Assembly: GCA_030390025.1 (NCBI GenBank)
Contig: JASTWF010000335.1
Span: forward strand, 186,001 to 250,000
Direction: 5' to 3'
From: Squalus acanthias
Taxonomy: Eukaryota
Length of the DNA stretch: 64,000 nucleotides
The notes beneath the pieces are model-generated. The model was not told the DNA's origin. It searched no databases and was given only the letters and a program-made list of their open reading frames with translations. The first letter of the stretch is position 1. Each line of letters starts with the position of its first letter. A program made the position numbers and the translations under genes. This document shows, one piece after another, positions 13,277 through 24,874 of the stretch.

Positions 13277-14111
13277 GAGTGTGTGTGAGTTTGGGAGTGT
13301 GTGTGAGTTTGAGAGTGTGTGTGTGAGGGTGTGAGTGTGTGTATTAGTGTGTGTGAGTGAGAGTTTGAGAGAGTGTGTGAGAGTGAAAGTGAGAGTGTGT
13401 GAGTGAGTGTGAATGTGTGTGAGTTTGGGTGTGTGTGTGAGAGTTTGAGAGTGTGAGAATGAGTGAGTTTGAGTATGTGTGTGTGAGTTTGAGTGTGAGC
13501 ATATGTGTGTATGTGTGAGTGAGTGTGTGAGTGTCAGTTACATTATAAACACAGCGGGAAGATTCCCTCTGGTCTGTATGTGTGTGAGTGTGTGTGTATG
13601 TGTGAGTGTGTGTGAATGTGCCTGTGTGTCCGTGTGCCCATGTGAGAGCATGTGTGTGTGTGTATATATGTGTGAGTGTGCGTCAGTGTTTGTGTATGTG
13701 CGTGTGTGTCAGTGACATTATAAACACAGCAGGAAGATTCTCCCTGGTCTCTGCGAGATCAGCCATCTCGGCACATGTCCGGGGATTAGACCCTGGGCCT
13801 GTTGCCTGCTCTGGACAGCTCACTAAGTGAGCCACATTCATCGAATCATAGAATGGTTACAGCACGGAAGGAGGCCATTCGGCCCGTCGAGCCCGTGCCA
13901 ACTCTCAGCAAGTCCCACTCCCCCGCCCTTTCCCCGTAGCCCTGCAATTTTTTTTCCTTCAGATACTTATCCAACTCCCTTTTGAAAGCCGTGATTGAAT
14001 CTGCCTCCACCACCCTTTCAGGCAGTGCATTCCAGACCCTAACCACTCGCTGCGTAAAAAAGTTTTTTTCTTATGTCGCCTTTGGTTCTTTTGCCAAACA
14101 CCTTAAATCTG

Positions 14112-14210
14112 CAATAAAAACAGAAAATGCTGGAAATACTCAGCAGGTCAGGCAGCATCTGTGGAGAGAGAAACAGAGTTAACGTTTCAGGTCGATGACC
14201 CTTCGTCAGA
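14112..14210 (-). mobile_element. 99-bp Penelope terminal-repeat-derived insert
   Basis: 12-bp TSD ACCTTAAATCTG (14100-14111 / 14211-14222); matches about 28995-29093. Confidence 0.8.
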
Positions 14211-14212
14211 AC
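14178..14212 (-). ncRNA. Minimal type-I hammerhead ribozyme motif (family B)
   Basis: Minus strand GTT-CTGACGA-A-GGGTC(ATC)GACCT-GAAA-CG-TT-AAC. Confidence 0.7.
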
Positions 14213-16117
14213 CTTAAATCTGTGTCCTCTGGTTCTCGACCCTTCCGCCAATGGGAACAGTTTCTCTCGATCTACTGTGTCCAGACCCCTCATGATTTTG
14301 AACACCTCTATCAAATCTCCTCTCAACCTTCTCTGCTCTAAGGAGAACAACCCCAGCTTTCTCCAGTCTATCAACATAACTGAAGTCCCTCATCCCTGGA
14401 ATCATTCTCCTAAATTTTTTCTGCACCCTCTCGAAGGCCTTCACATCCTTCCTAAAGTGCGGTGCCCAGAATTGGACACAATACTCCAGTTGGGGCCGAA
14501 CCAGTGTTTTATACAGGTTTATCATAATTTCCACGCTTTTGTACTCTACACCTCTAATCATGAAGCCCAGGATCCCATAAGCTTTTTTAACCGCTTTCTC
14601 AACCTGCCCTGCCACCTTCAACAATTTGTGCACATATACCCCCAGGTCTCTCTGTTCATGCACCCCCTTTAGGATTATACCCTTTAGTTTATATTTCCTC
14701 TCCTCATTCTACCAAAATGTATCACTTCGCACTTTTCTGTGTTAAATTTCATCTGCCACGTGTCCGCCCATTCCACCAGCCTGTCTATGTCCTCTTGAAG
14801 TCTCTCACTATCCTCCTCACTGTTCACTATACTTCCAAGTTTTATGTCATCTGCAAATTTTGAAATTGTGCCCTGTAAACCCACATCCAACTCATTAATA
14901 TATATCAAAAAAAGCAGTGGTCCTAGTACCGACCCCTGGGGAACACCACTGTATACCTTCCTCCAGTCCAAAAAACTGTTCACCACTACTCTCTGTTTCC
15001 TGTCACTTAGCCAATTTCATATCCAGGCTGCCACTGTCCCTTTTATTCCAAGGGCTTCAACTTTGCTGGCAAGCCTATTATGTGGCACTTTGTCGAACGC
15101 CTTTTGGAAATCCATGTACACCACGTCAACCGCATTACCCTCATCAACCCTCTCTGTTACCTCATCAAAGAACTCAATCAAGTTAGTTAAACACGATTTG
15201 CCTTTAACAAATGCATGCTGGCTTTCCTTAATTAATCCACGCTTGTCCAAGTGACTGTTAATTTTGTCCCTGATTATTGTTTCTAAAAGCTTCCCCACTA
15301 CTGAGGTTAAACTGACTGGCCTGTAGTTGCTGGGTTTATCTTTACACCATTTTTTGAACAATTGAGCAATTCTCCAGTCCTCTGGCACCACCCCCGTTTC
15401 TAAGGGGGATTGGAAGATTATGGCCAGTACCTCCGCGATTTCTCAGTACCTCACTTCCCTCAGCGTCCTAGGATGCATCCCATCTGGTCCTGGTGACTTA
15501 TCTACTTTAAGTACAGCCAGCTTTTCTAGTACCTCCTCTTTATCAATTTTTATCCCATTCAGTATCTCCTCTACCTCCTCCTTCACGATGTCTATGGCAG
15601 CATCTTCTTCCTTGGTGAAGACAGATGCAAAGTACTCATTTAGCATCTCAGCCATATTCTCTGCCTCCATGCGTAGGTCTACATTTTGGTCCCTAATCGG
15701 CCCCACCCCTCCTCTTACTACCCGTTTACTATTTATATGCCTGTAGAAGACTTTTGGATTACCTTTTATGTTAGCTGCCATTCTATTCTCATACACTCTC
15801 TTTGCCCCTCTTATTTTCTTTTTCACTTCTCTGAACTTTCTATATTCAGCCTGATTCTCAGATGTATTCTCGACCGGACATCTGTCATACACGCTCTTTT
15901 TCTGCTGCATCTTAGTCTCTAACTCGTTCGTCATCCAGGGAGCTCTGATCTTAATTGCCCTACCTTTCCCCCTAGTGGGACTGTACCCGAACTATTTCCT
16001 CTTTAAAGGCAGCCCATTGTTCCATTGCAGTTTTGCCTGCCAATCTTTGATTGTTTTTACTATATCCTATTTCTCCCCTTTGTCGCTTTGTGTTCTTACC
16101 AGACAACTGTGAGCTCT

Positions 16118-16225
16118 TCACAACCGAAGGACATGTTTGCAGTAGAGCACAAAAACTGCAGATGATACGATGAATGAAACCATGGCAAAAAGCAGCAGCA
16201 CGCCTGTTATTGCGAATGATGCATG
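16118..16225 (-). CDS. Second MS4A-type TM4 exon (HASFAITGVLLLFAMVSFIVSSAVFVLYCKHVLRL*)
   Basis: Acceptor ttttattattcttttgcag, phase 0; TGA at 16120-16118; donor GTAAGA after 16100. GVLLLF..F.V...CK resembles MS4A TM4, and LYCKH parallels VYYKH in the 39.7-kb exon. Confidence 0.7.
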   Translation of the reverse strand, partial: HASFAITGVLLLFAMVSFIVSSAVFVLYCKHVLRL

Positions 16226-16254
16226 CTGCAAAAGAATAATAAAATCAATCGCCT

Positions 16255-17105
16255 CATTCAAATCGCTGGTTAGGCCTCAGGGAAAGGGAATACACATTAA
16301 ATGGTAGGACACTGAGTAGTGTAGAGGAACAAAGGGACCTTGGAGTGCATGTCCACAGATCCCTGAAGGTAGCAGGCCAAGTAGATAAGGTGGTTAAGAA
16401 GGCATACGGGATACTTGCCTTTATTAGCCGTGGCACAGAATACAAGAGCAGGGGGGTTATGCTTCAACTGTATAATACACTAGTTAGGCCTCAGCTGGAA
16501 TACTGCGTGCAGTTCTGGTCACCACATTACAGGAAGGGTACAGAGGAGATTTACAAGGATGCTGCCGGGAGTAGAGAATCTTAGCTATGAGGAAAGACTG
16601 GATAGGCTGGGTCTGTTTTCCTTGGAACAGAGGAGGCTGAGGGGAGACCTTATTGAGGTGTATAAAATTGAGGGGCCTAGATAAATTGGATAGAAAGGAC
16701 CGGTTTCCCTTAGCAGAGGGGTCAAAAACCAGGGGGCACAAATTTAAAGTAATTGGGGGAAGGTTTAGAGGGGATTTGAGGGGAAATTTCTTCACCCAGA
16801 GGGTTGTGGGGGTCTGGAACTCGCTGCCTGAAAGGGTGGTAGAGGCAGGAACCCTAACCACATTTAAAAAGTACTTGGATGTGCACTTGGGATGCTCTAA
16901 CCTGCAGGGCTACGGACCAAGAGCTGGGAAGTGGGATTAGGCTGGATAGCTCTTTGTTGGCCGGCGCGGACACGATGGGCCGAAATGGCCTCCTTCCATG
17001 CTGTAACTTTCTATGATTCTCAGCTGGAGTAGTATATACTATTCTGGACACCATACTTTAGGAAGGATGTCAAGGCCTTGGAGATGGTGCAGAGGAGATG
17101 TAGCA
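16255..17105 (+). mobile_element. CR1 3' fragments
   Basis: LVRPQLEYCVQFWSP and FFTQRVVGVWNSLP peptides. Confidence 0.85.
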
Positions 17106-17392
17106 GTCTTAAAGGAAGAGAGAGAGAGAGAGAGAGAGAGACGGGGAGGTTTGAAGGCACGGCTGCCAATTAAAATCGATTAAAATCGGCCACAAAGTAG
17201 AAATTTCGTGGCTAGTGTAATAAACATGCACAAGAGACTAATTCCCAGTATAAAGCATCTTAGTTATCAGGATAGGGTAAAAGAGTTGGGACGCTACACT
17301 TAGAAGCGTAGCCTTAGAGGTGATCTGATGGAAGTTCATAAGAAGATGAAGGGAATAGATTGTGTTACATTAAATAGGTGAGGGAAGACCAG

Positions 17393-18068
17393 GGGCTGGA
17401 TTTTCATTGACCCGTGGAGGCGGGTTTGGAGGCGTGTGGGGGGTTAAAATTGCGAAAACTGACGGGCGGGCACAAGTCCGCCTCCATCCCGCCTCCACGC
17501 AATTTTCATTCAATCGTGTCTGCTGGTCCCGACTCCGTCCCGCCTTTAAGAGGCGGGATAGGCTGTTAAGGCCCTTAACAAGCACTAAATTGGCTCTATA
17601 ACGCCATTTTGAAAGGCCTTTGTGATTTTAACCCTTGTTGTACGCGAAGCACGCCTGTTCTGAACCACGATTGTGAAACCTGGCGGGAGCACATTTGGAT
17701 GTGGATAGTTGACGCTGGCTGGCTGATGGATATGTGGATGGATGGAGAGGAGACATATCTGGGAGTGGTGGTGTAAAAATATCTGGGCGTAGACTTAGCG
17801 CTGCTGCTGCTCATTTTGCATCCAGGTCCTCTCACAGCAAAGGCCAGGCAGTCTCTGAAGACCTTCAATGCAGCAGCAATGATGACATCATCAGAGGCGA
17901 CTTTCAGACTGAAAACACTAATTGGGTCATGGGTTCCCACATTGCTGGAACTCAATTGCCCAATTAGGTGAAAATTGCATCAATCTCCCACATCCAATTG
18001 CAGTCGGGTGGATAACACGAAAAGTGGATGACACGACCCCAACCCGCCACAGTATCAAAATCCAGCCC
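17393..18068 (-). mobile_element. Harbinger-type MITE copy 1, inserted in an old CR1 fragment
   Basis: TIR GGGCTGGATTTT/AAAATCCAGCCC; TSD CAG; opposite orientation to copies 2-4. Confidence 0.85.
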
Positions 18069-18479
18069 CAGGGGTCACAATTTTAAGTTGTGTAAGGCCA
18101 GATCTAGGTTAAATGTTTTCCGAGAGAAGAGTGGACCTCTGGAATAGACTGCGGTGGACACCATCTCGTTGAATTCCTGGGCCTGCTTCTGTCTAGGGCA
18201 GAGATCACCTCTTACAGAAGGTAGGCACTGCAGGGAATTCATGGCCAGAGTGATCTCCTGGGCTAGTTTTGATTGCCTAGATGGGTCGGAGAGGAATTTC
18301 CCAGATTGTTTCCCCCCAAATTGCCCTGGGTTTTGTTTTTTTTTGCCTTTCCCAGGAGATTACATGGTTTCGGGTGGGGTGGGGTGGGGAGCGTATAGAT
18401 AGTGATACACAAGGTATCACCATTGTGTGGGACAGTCTGAATGGACCGGAGGATTTTTACCTGTCTGTCGTTGTTCGTA

Positions 18480-20513
18480 TGTTTGTAAGAGGCCAACATC
18501 TGGGGACTTGTGCCAAAATTGGGACAGACTAGTCAAGCAACAGCCTGACATAGTCATACACACAGAATCATACCTTTCAGCCATTGTCCCAGACTCCTCC
18601 ATCCACCATCCCTGGGTATGTCCTGTCCCACCGGCAGGACAGACCCATCAGGGGTAGCGGCACAGTGGTATACAGTCGGGCAGGAGTGGCCCTGGGAGTC
18701 CGCAACATTGACTCCGGACCCCATGAAGTCTCATGGCTTCAGGTCAAGCATGGGCAAGGAAACCTCCTGCTGATTACCACCTACCGCCCTCCCTCAGCTG
18801 ATGAATCAGTACTCCTCCATGTTGAACACCACTTGGAAGAAGCACTGAGAGTAGCAAGGGCACAGAATGTACTCTGGGTGGGGGACTTCAATGTCCATCA
18901 TCAAGAGTGGCTCGGTAGCACCACTACTGACCGAGCTGGCCGAGTCCTGAAGGACATAGCTGCCAGTCTGGGCCTGCGACAGGTGGTGAGAGAACCAACA
19001 CGAGGGAGAAACCTACTTCACCTCGTCCTCACCAATCTACCTGTCGCAGATGCATCTGTCCATGACCGTATTGGTAGCAGTGACCACCGCACGGTCATTG
19101 TGGAGACGAAGTCCCGCCTTCACACTGAGGACACCCTCCACCGTGCTAAATTGGATAGATTCAGAGCAGATCTAGCAGCTCAAAACTGGGCATCCATGAG
19201 GCGCTGTGGGCCATCAGCAGCAGCAGAATTGTATTCCACCACAATCTGTAACCTCATGGCCCGGCATATCCCTCACTCTACCATTACCATCAAGCCAGGG
19301 GACCAACCCCGGTTCAATAAGGAGTGTAGAAGAGCATGCCAGGAGCAGCACCAGGCGTACCTAAAAATGAGGTGCCAACCTGGGGAAGCTGCAACACAGG
19401 ACTACATGCATGCTATAAAGCGGAAGCAGCATGCTATAGACAGTGCTAAGCGATCCCACAATCAACGGATCAGATCAAAGCTCTGCAGTCCTGCCACATC
19501 CAGTCGTGAATGGTGGTGGACCATTAAACAACTAACGGGAGGAGGAGGCTCCATGAATATCCCCATCCTCAATGATGGTGGAGCCCAGCACGTGAGTGTA
19601 AAAGACAAGGCTGAAGCGTTTGCAACCATCTTCAGCTAGAAGTGCCAAGTGGACGATCCATATCGGCCAACTCCTGAAGTCCCCACCATCACAGAAGCCA
19701 GTCTTCAGCCAATTCGATTCACTCCACGTGATATCAAGAAACGGCTGAGCGCATTGGGTACAGCAAAGGCTATGGGCCCCGACAACATCCTGGCTATCGT
19801 GCTGAAGACTTGTGCTCCAGAACTAGCCGCGCCTCGAGCCAAGCTGTTCCAGTACAGCTACAACACTGGCATCTATCCGACAATGTGGAAAACTGCCCAG
19901 GTATGTCCTGTCCACAAAAAGCAGAACAAATCCAATCCGGCCAATTACCGCCCCATCAGTCTACTCTCAATCACCAGCAAAGTGATGGAAGGTGTTGTCG
20001 ACAGTGCTATCAAGCGGCACTTACTCACCAATAACCTGCTCACTGATGCCCAGTTTGGGTTCCGCTAAGACCACTCGGCTCCCGATCTCATTACAGCCTT
20101 GGTCCAAACATGGACAAAGGAGCTGAATTGCAGAGGTGAGGTGAGAGTGACTGCCCTAGACATCAAAGCAGCATTTGGCCGAGTGTGACATCAAGGAGCC
20201 CGAGTAAAACTGAAGTCAATGGGAATCGGGGAGAAAACGATCCACTGGCTGGAATCATACCTAGCACAAAGGAAGATGGTTGTGGTGGTTGAAGGTCAAT
20301 TATTACAGCCCCAGGACATCGCTGCAGGAGTTCCTCAGGGCAGTGTCCTAGACTAAACCATCTTCAGCTGCTTCATCAATGACTTCCCTCCAACATAAGG
20401 TCAGAAATGGGGATGTTCGCTGATGACTGCACAGTGTTCAGTGCCATTCACAACTCCTCAGATAATGAAGCAGTCCATGCCCGCATGCAACAAGATCTGG
20501 ACGACGTTCAGGC
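18480..20513 (+). mobile_element. CR1/L2-group LINE ORF2 (APE endonuclease + RT) with stops, cut by the gap
   Basis: YRPP, GDFN, SDH, NYRPISLLS, GVPQGS and FADD motifs. Confidence 0.9.
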
Positions 20514-20713
20514 NNNNNNNNNNNNNNNNNNNNNNNNNNNNNNNNNNNNNNNNNNNNNNNNNNNNNNNNNNNNNNNNNNNNNNNNNNNNNNNNNNNNNNN
20601 NNNNNNNNNNNNNNNNNNNNNNNNNNNNNNNNNNNNNNNNNNNNNNNNNNNNNNNNNNNNNNNNNNNNNNNNNNNNNNNNNNNNNNNNNNNNNNNNNNNN
20701 NNNNNNNNNNNNN
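20514..20713. other. Assembly gap (200 N)
   Basis: N run. Confidence 1.
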
Positions 20714-23683
20714 GGGAGTGAGTCAGTATTTACAGGGGGTTCCCGGGAGTTTGTCAGTATTTACAGGGGGTCCCCGGGGAGTGTGTCAGTATTGACAGGG
20801 TGTTCCCGGGGAGTGTGTCAGTATTTACAGGGTCCCCCGGGGAGTGTGTCATTATTTACAGGGGGTCCTCGGGGACTGTGTCAGTATTTACAGGGTGTTC
20901 CCGGGGAGTGTGTCAGTATTTACAGGGGGTCCCCGGGGAGTGAGTCAGTATTTATAGGGGGTTCCCGGGAGTGTGTCAGTATTTACAGGGGGTCCCCGGT
21001 GACTGTGTCAGTATTTACAGGGTGTTCCCGGGGAGTGTGTCAGTATTTACAGGGGGTCCCCGGGGCGTGAGTCAGTATTTACAGGGGGTTCCCGGGAGTG
21101 TGTCAGTATTTACAGGGTGTCCCCCGGGGAGTGTGTCAGTATTTACAGGGTGTTCCCGGGGAGTGTGTCAGTATTTACAGGGTGTCCCCCGGGGAGTGTG
21201 TCAGTATTTACAGGGTGTTCCCGGGGAGTGTGTCAGTATTTACAGGGTGTTCCCGGGGAGTGTGTCATTATTTACAGGGTGTTCCCGGGGAGTGTGTCAG
21301 TATTTACAGGGTGTTCCCCGGGGAGTGTGTCAGTATTTACAGGGGGTTCCCGGGAGTGTGTCAGTATTTACAGGGGGTCTCCGGGGAGTGTGTCAGTATT
21401 TACAGGGTGTCCTCGGGGAGTGTGTCAGTATTTACAGGGGGTCCCCGGGGAGTGTGTCAGTATTTACAGGGTGTCCTCGGGGAGTGTGTCAGTATTTACA
21501 GGGTGTCCTCGGGGAGTGTGTCAGTATTTACAGGGGGTCCCCGGGGAGTGTGTCAGTATTTACAGGGTGTCCTCGGGGAGTGTGTCAGTATTTACAGGGT
21601 GTCCCCGGGGAGTGTGTCAGTATTTACAGGGGGTCCCCGGGGAGTGTGTCAGTATTTACAGGGGGTCCCCGGGGAGTGTGTCAGTATTTACAGGGGGTCC
21701 CCAGGGAGTGTGTCAGTATTTACAGGGTGTTCCCGGGGAGTGTGTCAGTATTTACAGGGGGTCCCCGGGGAGTGTGTCAGTATTTACAGGGGGTCTCCGG
21801 GGAGTGTGTCAGTATTTACAGGGTGTCCTCGGGGAGTGTGTCAGTATTTACAGGGGGTCCCCGGGGAGTGTGTCAGTATTTACAGGGTGTCCTCGGGGAG
21901 TGTGTCAGTATTTACAGGGTGTCCTCGGGGAGTGTGTCAGTATTTACAGGGGGTCCCCGGGGAGTGTGTCAGTATTTACAGGGTGTTCCCGGGGAGTGTG
22001 TGTTCAGTATTTACAGGGGGTTCCTGGGAGTGTGTCAGTATTTACAGGGGGTCCCCGGGGAGTGTGTCAGTATTTACAGGGTGTCCCCGGGGAGTGTGTG
22101 TCAGTATTTACAGGGGGTCCCCGGGGAGTGTGTGTCAGTATTTACAGGGGGTCCCCGGGGAGTGAGTCAGTATTTACAGGGGGTTCCCGGGAGTTTGTCA
22201 GTATTTACAGGGGGTCCCCGGGGAGTGTGTCAGTATTGACAGGGTGTTCCCGGGGAGTGTGTCAGTATTTACAGGGTCCCCCGGGGAGTGTGTCATTATT
22301 TACAGGGGGTCCTCGGGGACTGTGTCAGTATTTACAGGGTGTTCCCGGGGAGTGTGTCAGTATTTACAGGGGGTCCCCGGGGAGTGAGTCAGTATTTACA
22401 GGGGGTTCCCGGGAGTGTGTCAGTATTTACAGGGTGTCCCCCGGGGAGTGTGTCAGTATTTACAGGGTGTTCCCGGGGAGTGTGTCAGTATTTACAGGGT
22501 GTCCCCCGGGGAGTGTGTCAGTATTTACAGGGTGTTCCCGGGGAGTGTGTCAGTATTTACAGGGTGTTCCCGGGGAGTGTGTCATTATTTACAGGGTGTT
22601 CCCGGGGAGTGTGTCAGTATTTACAGGGTGTTCCCCGGGGAGTGTGTCAGTATTTACAGGGGGTTCCCGGGAGTGTGTCAGTATTTACAGGGGGTCTCCG
22701 GGGAGTGTGTCAGTATTTACAGGGTGTCCTCGGGGAGTGTGTCAGTATTTACAGGGGGTCCCCGGGGAGTGTGTCAGTATTTACAGGGTGTCCTCGGGGA
22801 GTGTGTCAGTATTTACAGGGTGTCCTCGGGGAGTGTGTCAGTATTTACAGGGGGTCCCCGGGGAGTGTGTCAGTATTTACAGGGTGTCCTCGGGGAGTGT
22901 GTCAGTATTTACAGGGTGTCCCCGGGGAGTGTGTCAGTATTTACAGGGGGTCCCCGGGGAGTGTGTCAGTATTTACAGGGGGTCCCCGGGGAGTGTGTCA
23001 GTATTTACAGGGGGTCCCCAGGGAGTGTGTCAGTATTTACAGGGTGTTCCCGGGGAGTGTGTCAGTATTTACAGGGGGTCCCCGGGGAGTGTGTCAGTAT
23101 TTACAGGGGGTTCCCGGGAGTGTGTCAGTATTTACAGGGGGTCTCCGGGGAGTGTGTCAGTATTTACAGGGTGTCCTCGGGGAGTGTGTCAGTATTTACA
23201 GGGGGTCCCCGGGGAGTGTGTCAGTATTTACAGGGTGTCCTCGGGGAGTGTGTCAGTATTTACAGGGTGTCCTCGGGGAGTGTGTCAGTATTTACAGGGG
23301 GTCCCCGGGGAGTGTGTCAGTATTTACAGGGTGTCCTCGGGGAGTGTGTCAGTATTTACAGGGTGTCCCCGGGGAGTGTGTCAGTATTTACAGGGGGTCC
23401 CCGGGGAGTGTGTCAGTATTTACAGGGTGTCCCCGGGGAGTGTGTCAGTATTTACAGGGGGTCCCCAGGGAGTGTGTCAGTATTTACAGGGTGTTCCCGG
23501 GGAGTGTGTCAGTATTTACAGGGGGTCCCCGGGGAGTGTGTCAGTATTTACAGGGTGTCCCCGGGGAGTGTGTCAGTATTTACAGGGTGTCCCCGGGGAG
23601 TGTGTCAGTATTTACAGGGTGTCCCCGGGGAGTGTGTCAGTATTTACAGGGTGTTCCCGGGGAGTGTGTGTCAGTATTTACAG
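20714..23683 (+). repeat. About 32-bp minisatellite (GGGGAGTGTGTCAGTATTTACAGGGGGTCCCC)n
   Basis: Tandem units with a higher-order duplication. Confidence 0.95.
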
Positions 23684-23754
23684 TGGGGCCACTGGAATGT
23701 GGCGATATTTGCAGGAGAGAAGTCTGTAAACTCCCTGCTCCACAGTGAACCACT

Positions 23755-24815
23755 AATCAGCTGAGGTTTAGCACTCTCGACTCTGGATCCGAAGGTTGTG
23801 GGTTCATCTCCCACTCCAGAGACTTGAACACAAAGATCCAGTCTGTCACTCCAGTGCAATACTGAGGGAGCGCTGCACTGTTGGAGGGGCAATACTGAGG
23901 GGGCGCTGCACTGTTGGAGGGGCAATACTGAGGGAGCGCTGCACTGTCGGAGGGGCAGTACTGAGGGAGCGCTGCACTGTCGGAGGGGGCAGTACTGAGG
24001 GAGCGCTGCACTGTCGGAGGGGGCAGTACTGAGGGAGCGCTGCACTGTCGGAGGGGCAGTACTGAGGGAGCGCTGCACTGTTGGAGGGGCAATACTGAGG
24101 GAGCGCTGCACTGTCGGAGGGGCAGTACTGAGGGAGCGCTGCACTGTCGGAGGGGCAGTACTGAGGGAGCGCTGCACTGTCGGAGGGGCAGTACTGAGGG
24201 AGCGCTGCACTGTTGGTGGGGCAGTACTGAGGGAGTGCTGCACTGTCGGAGTGGCAGTACTGAGGGAGCACTGCACTGTCGGAGGGGCAGTACTGAGGGA
24301 GCGCTGCACTGTCGGAGGGGCAGTACTGAGGGAGCGCTGCACTGTCGGAGGGGCAGTACTGAGGGAGCGCTGCACTGTTGGTGGGGCAGTACTGAGGGAG
24401 TGCTGCACTGTTGGAGGGGCAGTACTGAGGGAGCGCTGCACTGTCGGAGGGGCAGTACTGAGGGAGCGCTGCACTGTCGGAGGGGCAGTACTGAGGGAGT
24501 GCTGCACTGTCGGAGGGGCAGTACGGAGGGAGCGCCGCACTGTCGGAGGCGGCGTAATTCGGATGAGACGTTAAACCGAGGCCCCGTCTGCCATCTCAGA
24601 TGGACGTAAAAGATCCCACGGCCACTATTTCAAAGACAAGCAGGGGAGTTCTCAATGCTGTTTGTGGGAGCTTGCTGTGCGCAAATTGGCTGCCGCATTT
24701 CCTACATTACAACAGCGACTACACTTCCAAAGTACTTCATTGGGTGTAAAGTGCTTTGGGACATCCTGACATCATGAAAGGCGGCTGTATAAATGCAAGT
24801 CTTTCTTTCTTCCTT
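23755..24815 (+). mobile_element. DeuSINE/SacSINE1-like SINE with internal 33-bp array (about 23855-24548)
   Basis: tRNA-like head, Deu-like core (gggagcttgctgtgcgcaaattggctgcc), tail ataaatgcaagtctttctttc. Confidence 0.85.
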
Positions 24816-24874
24816 TATGATTTGTATCGGCAAACTTGTTCGGAAATTGGAGAGCGACGCGAACGGCAGATCGA

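Larger units (their letters stand above)
13843..16050 (-). mobile_element. Degenerate CR1 LINE (RT), 5'-truncated
   Basis: RT motifs in ORFs 14214-15934. Confidence 0.92.

Noticed and set aside
20971..23764. Long ORFs of 355-870 aa
   Set aside because: Overlapping translations of a stop-poor 32-bp minisatellite in several frames.
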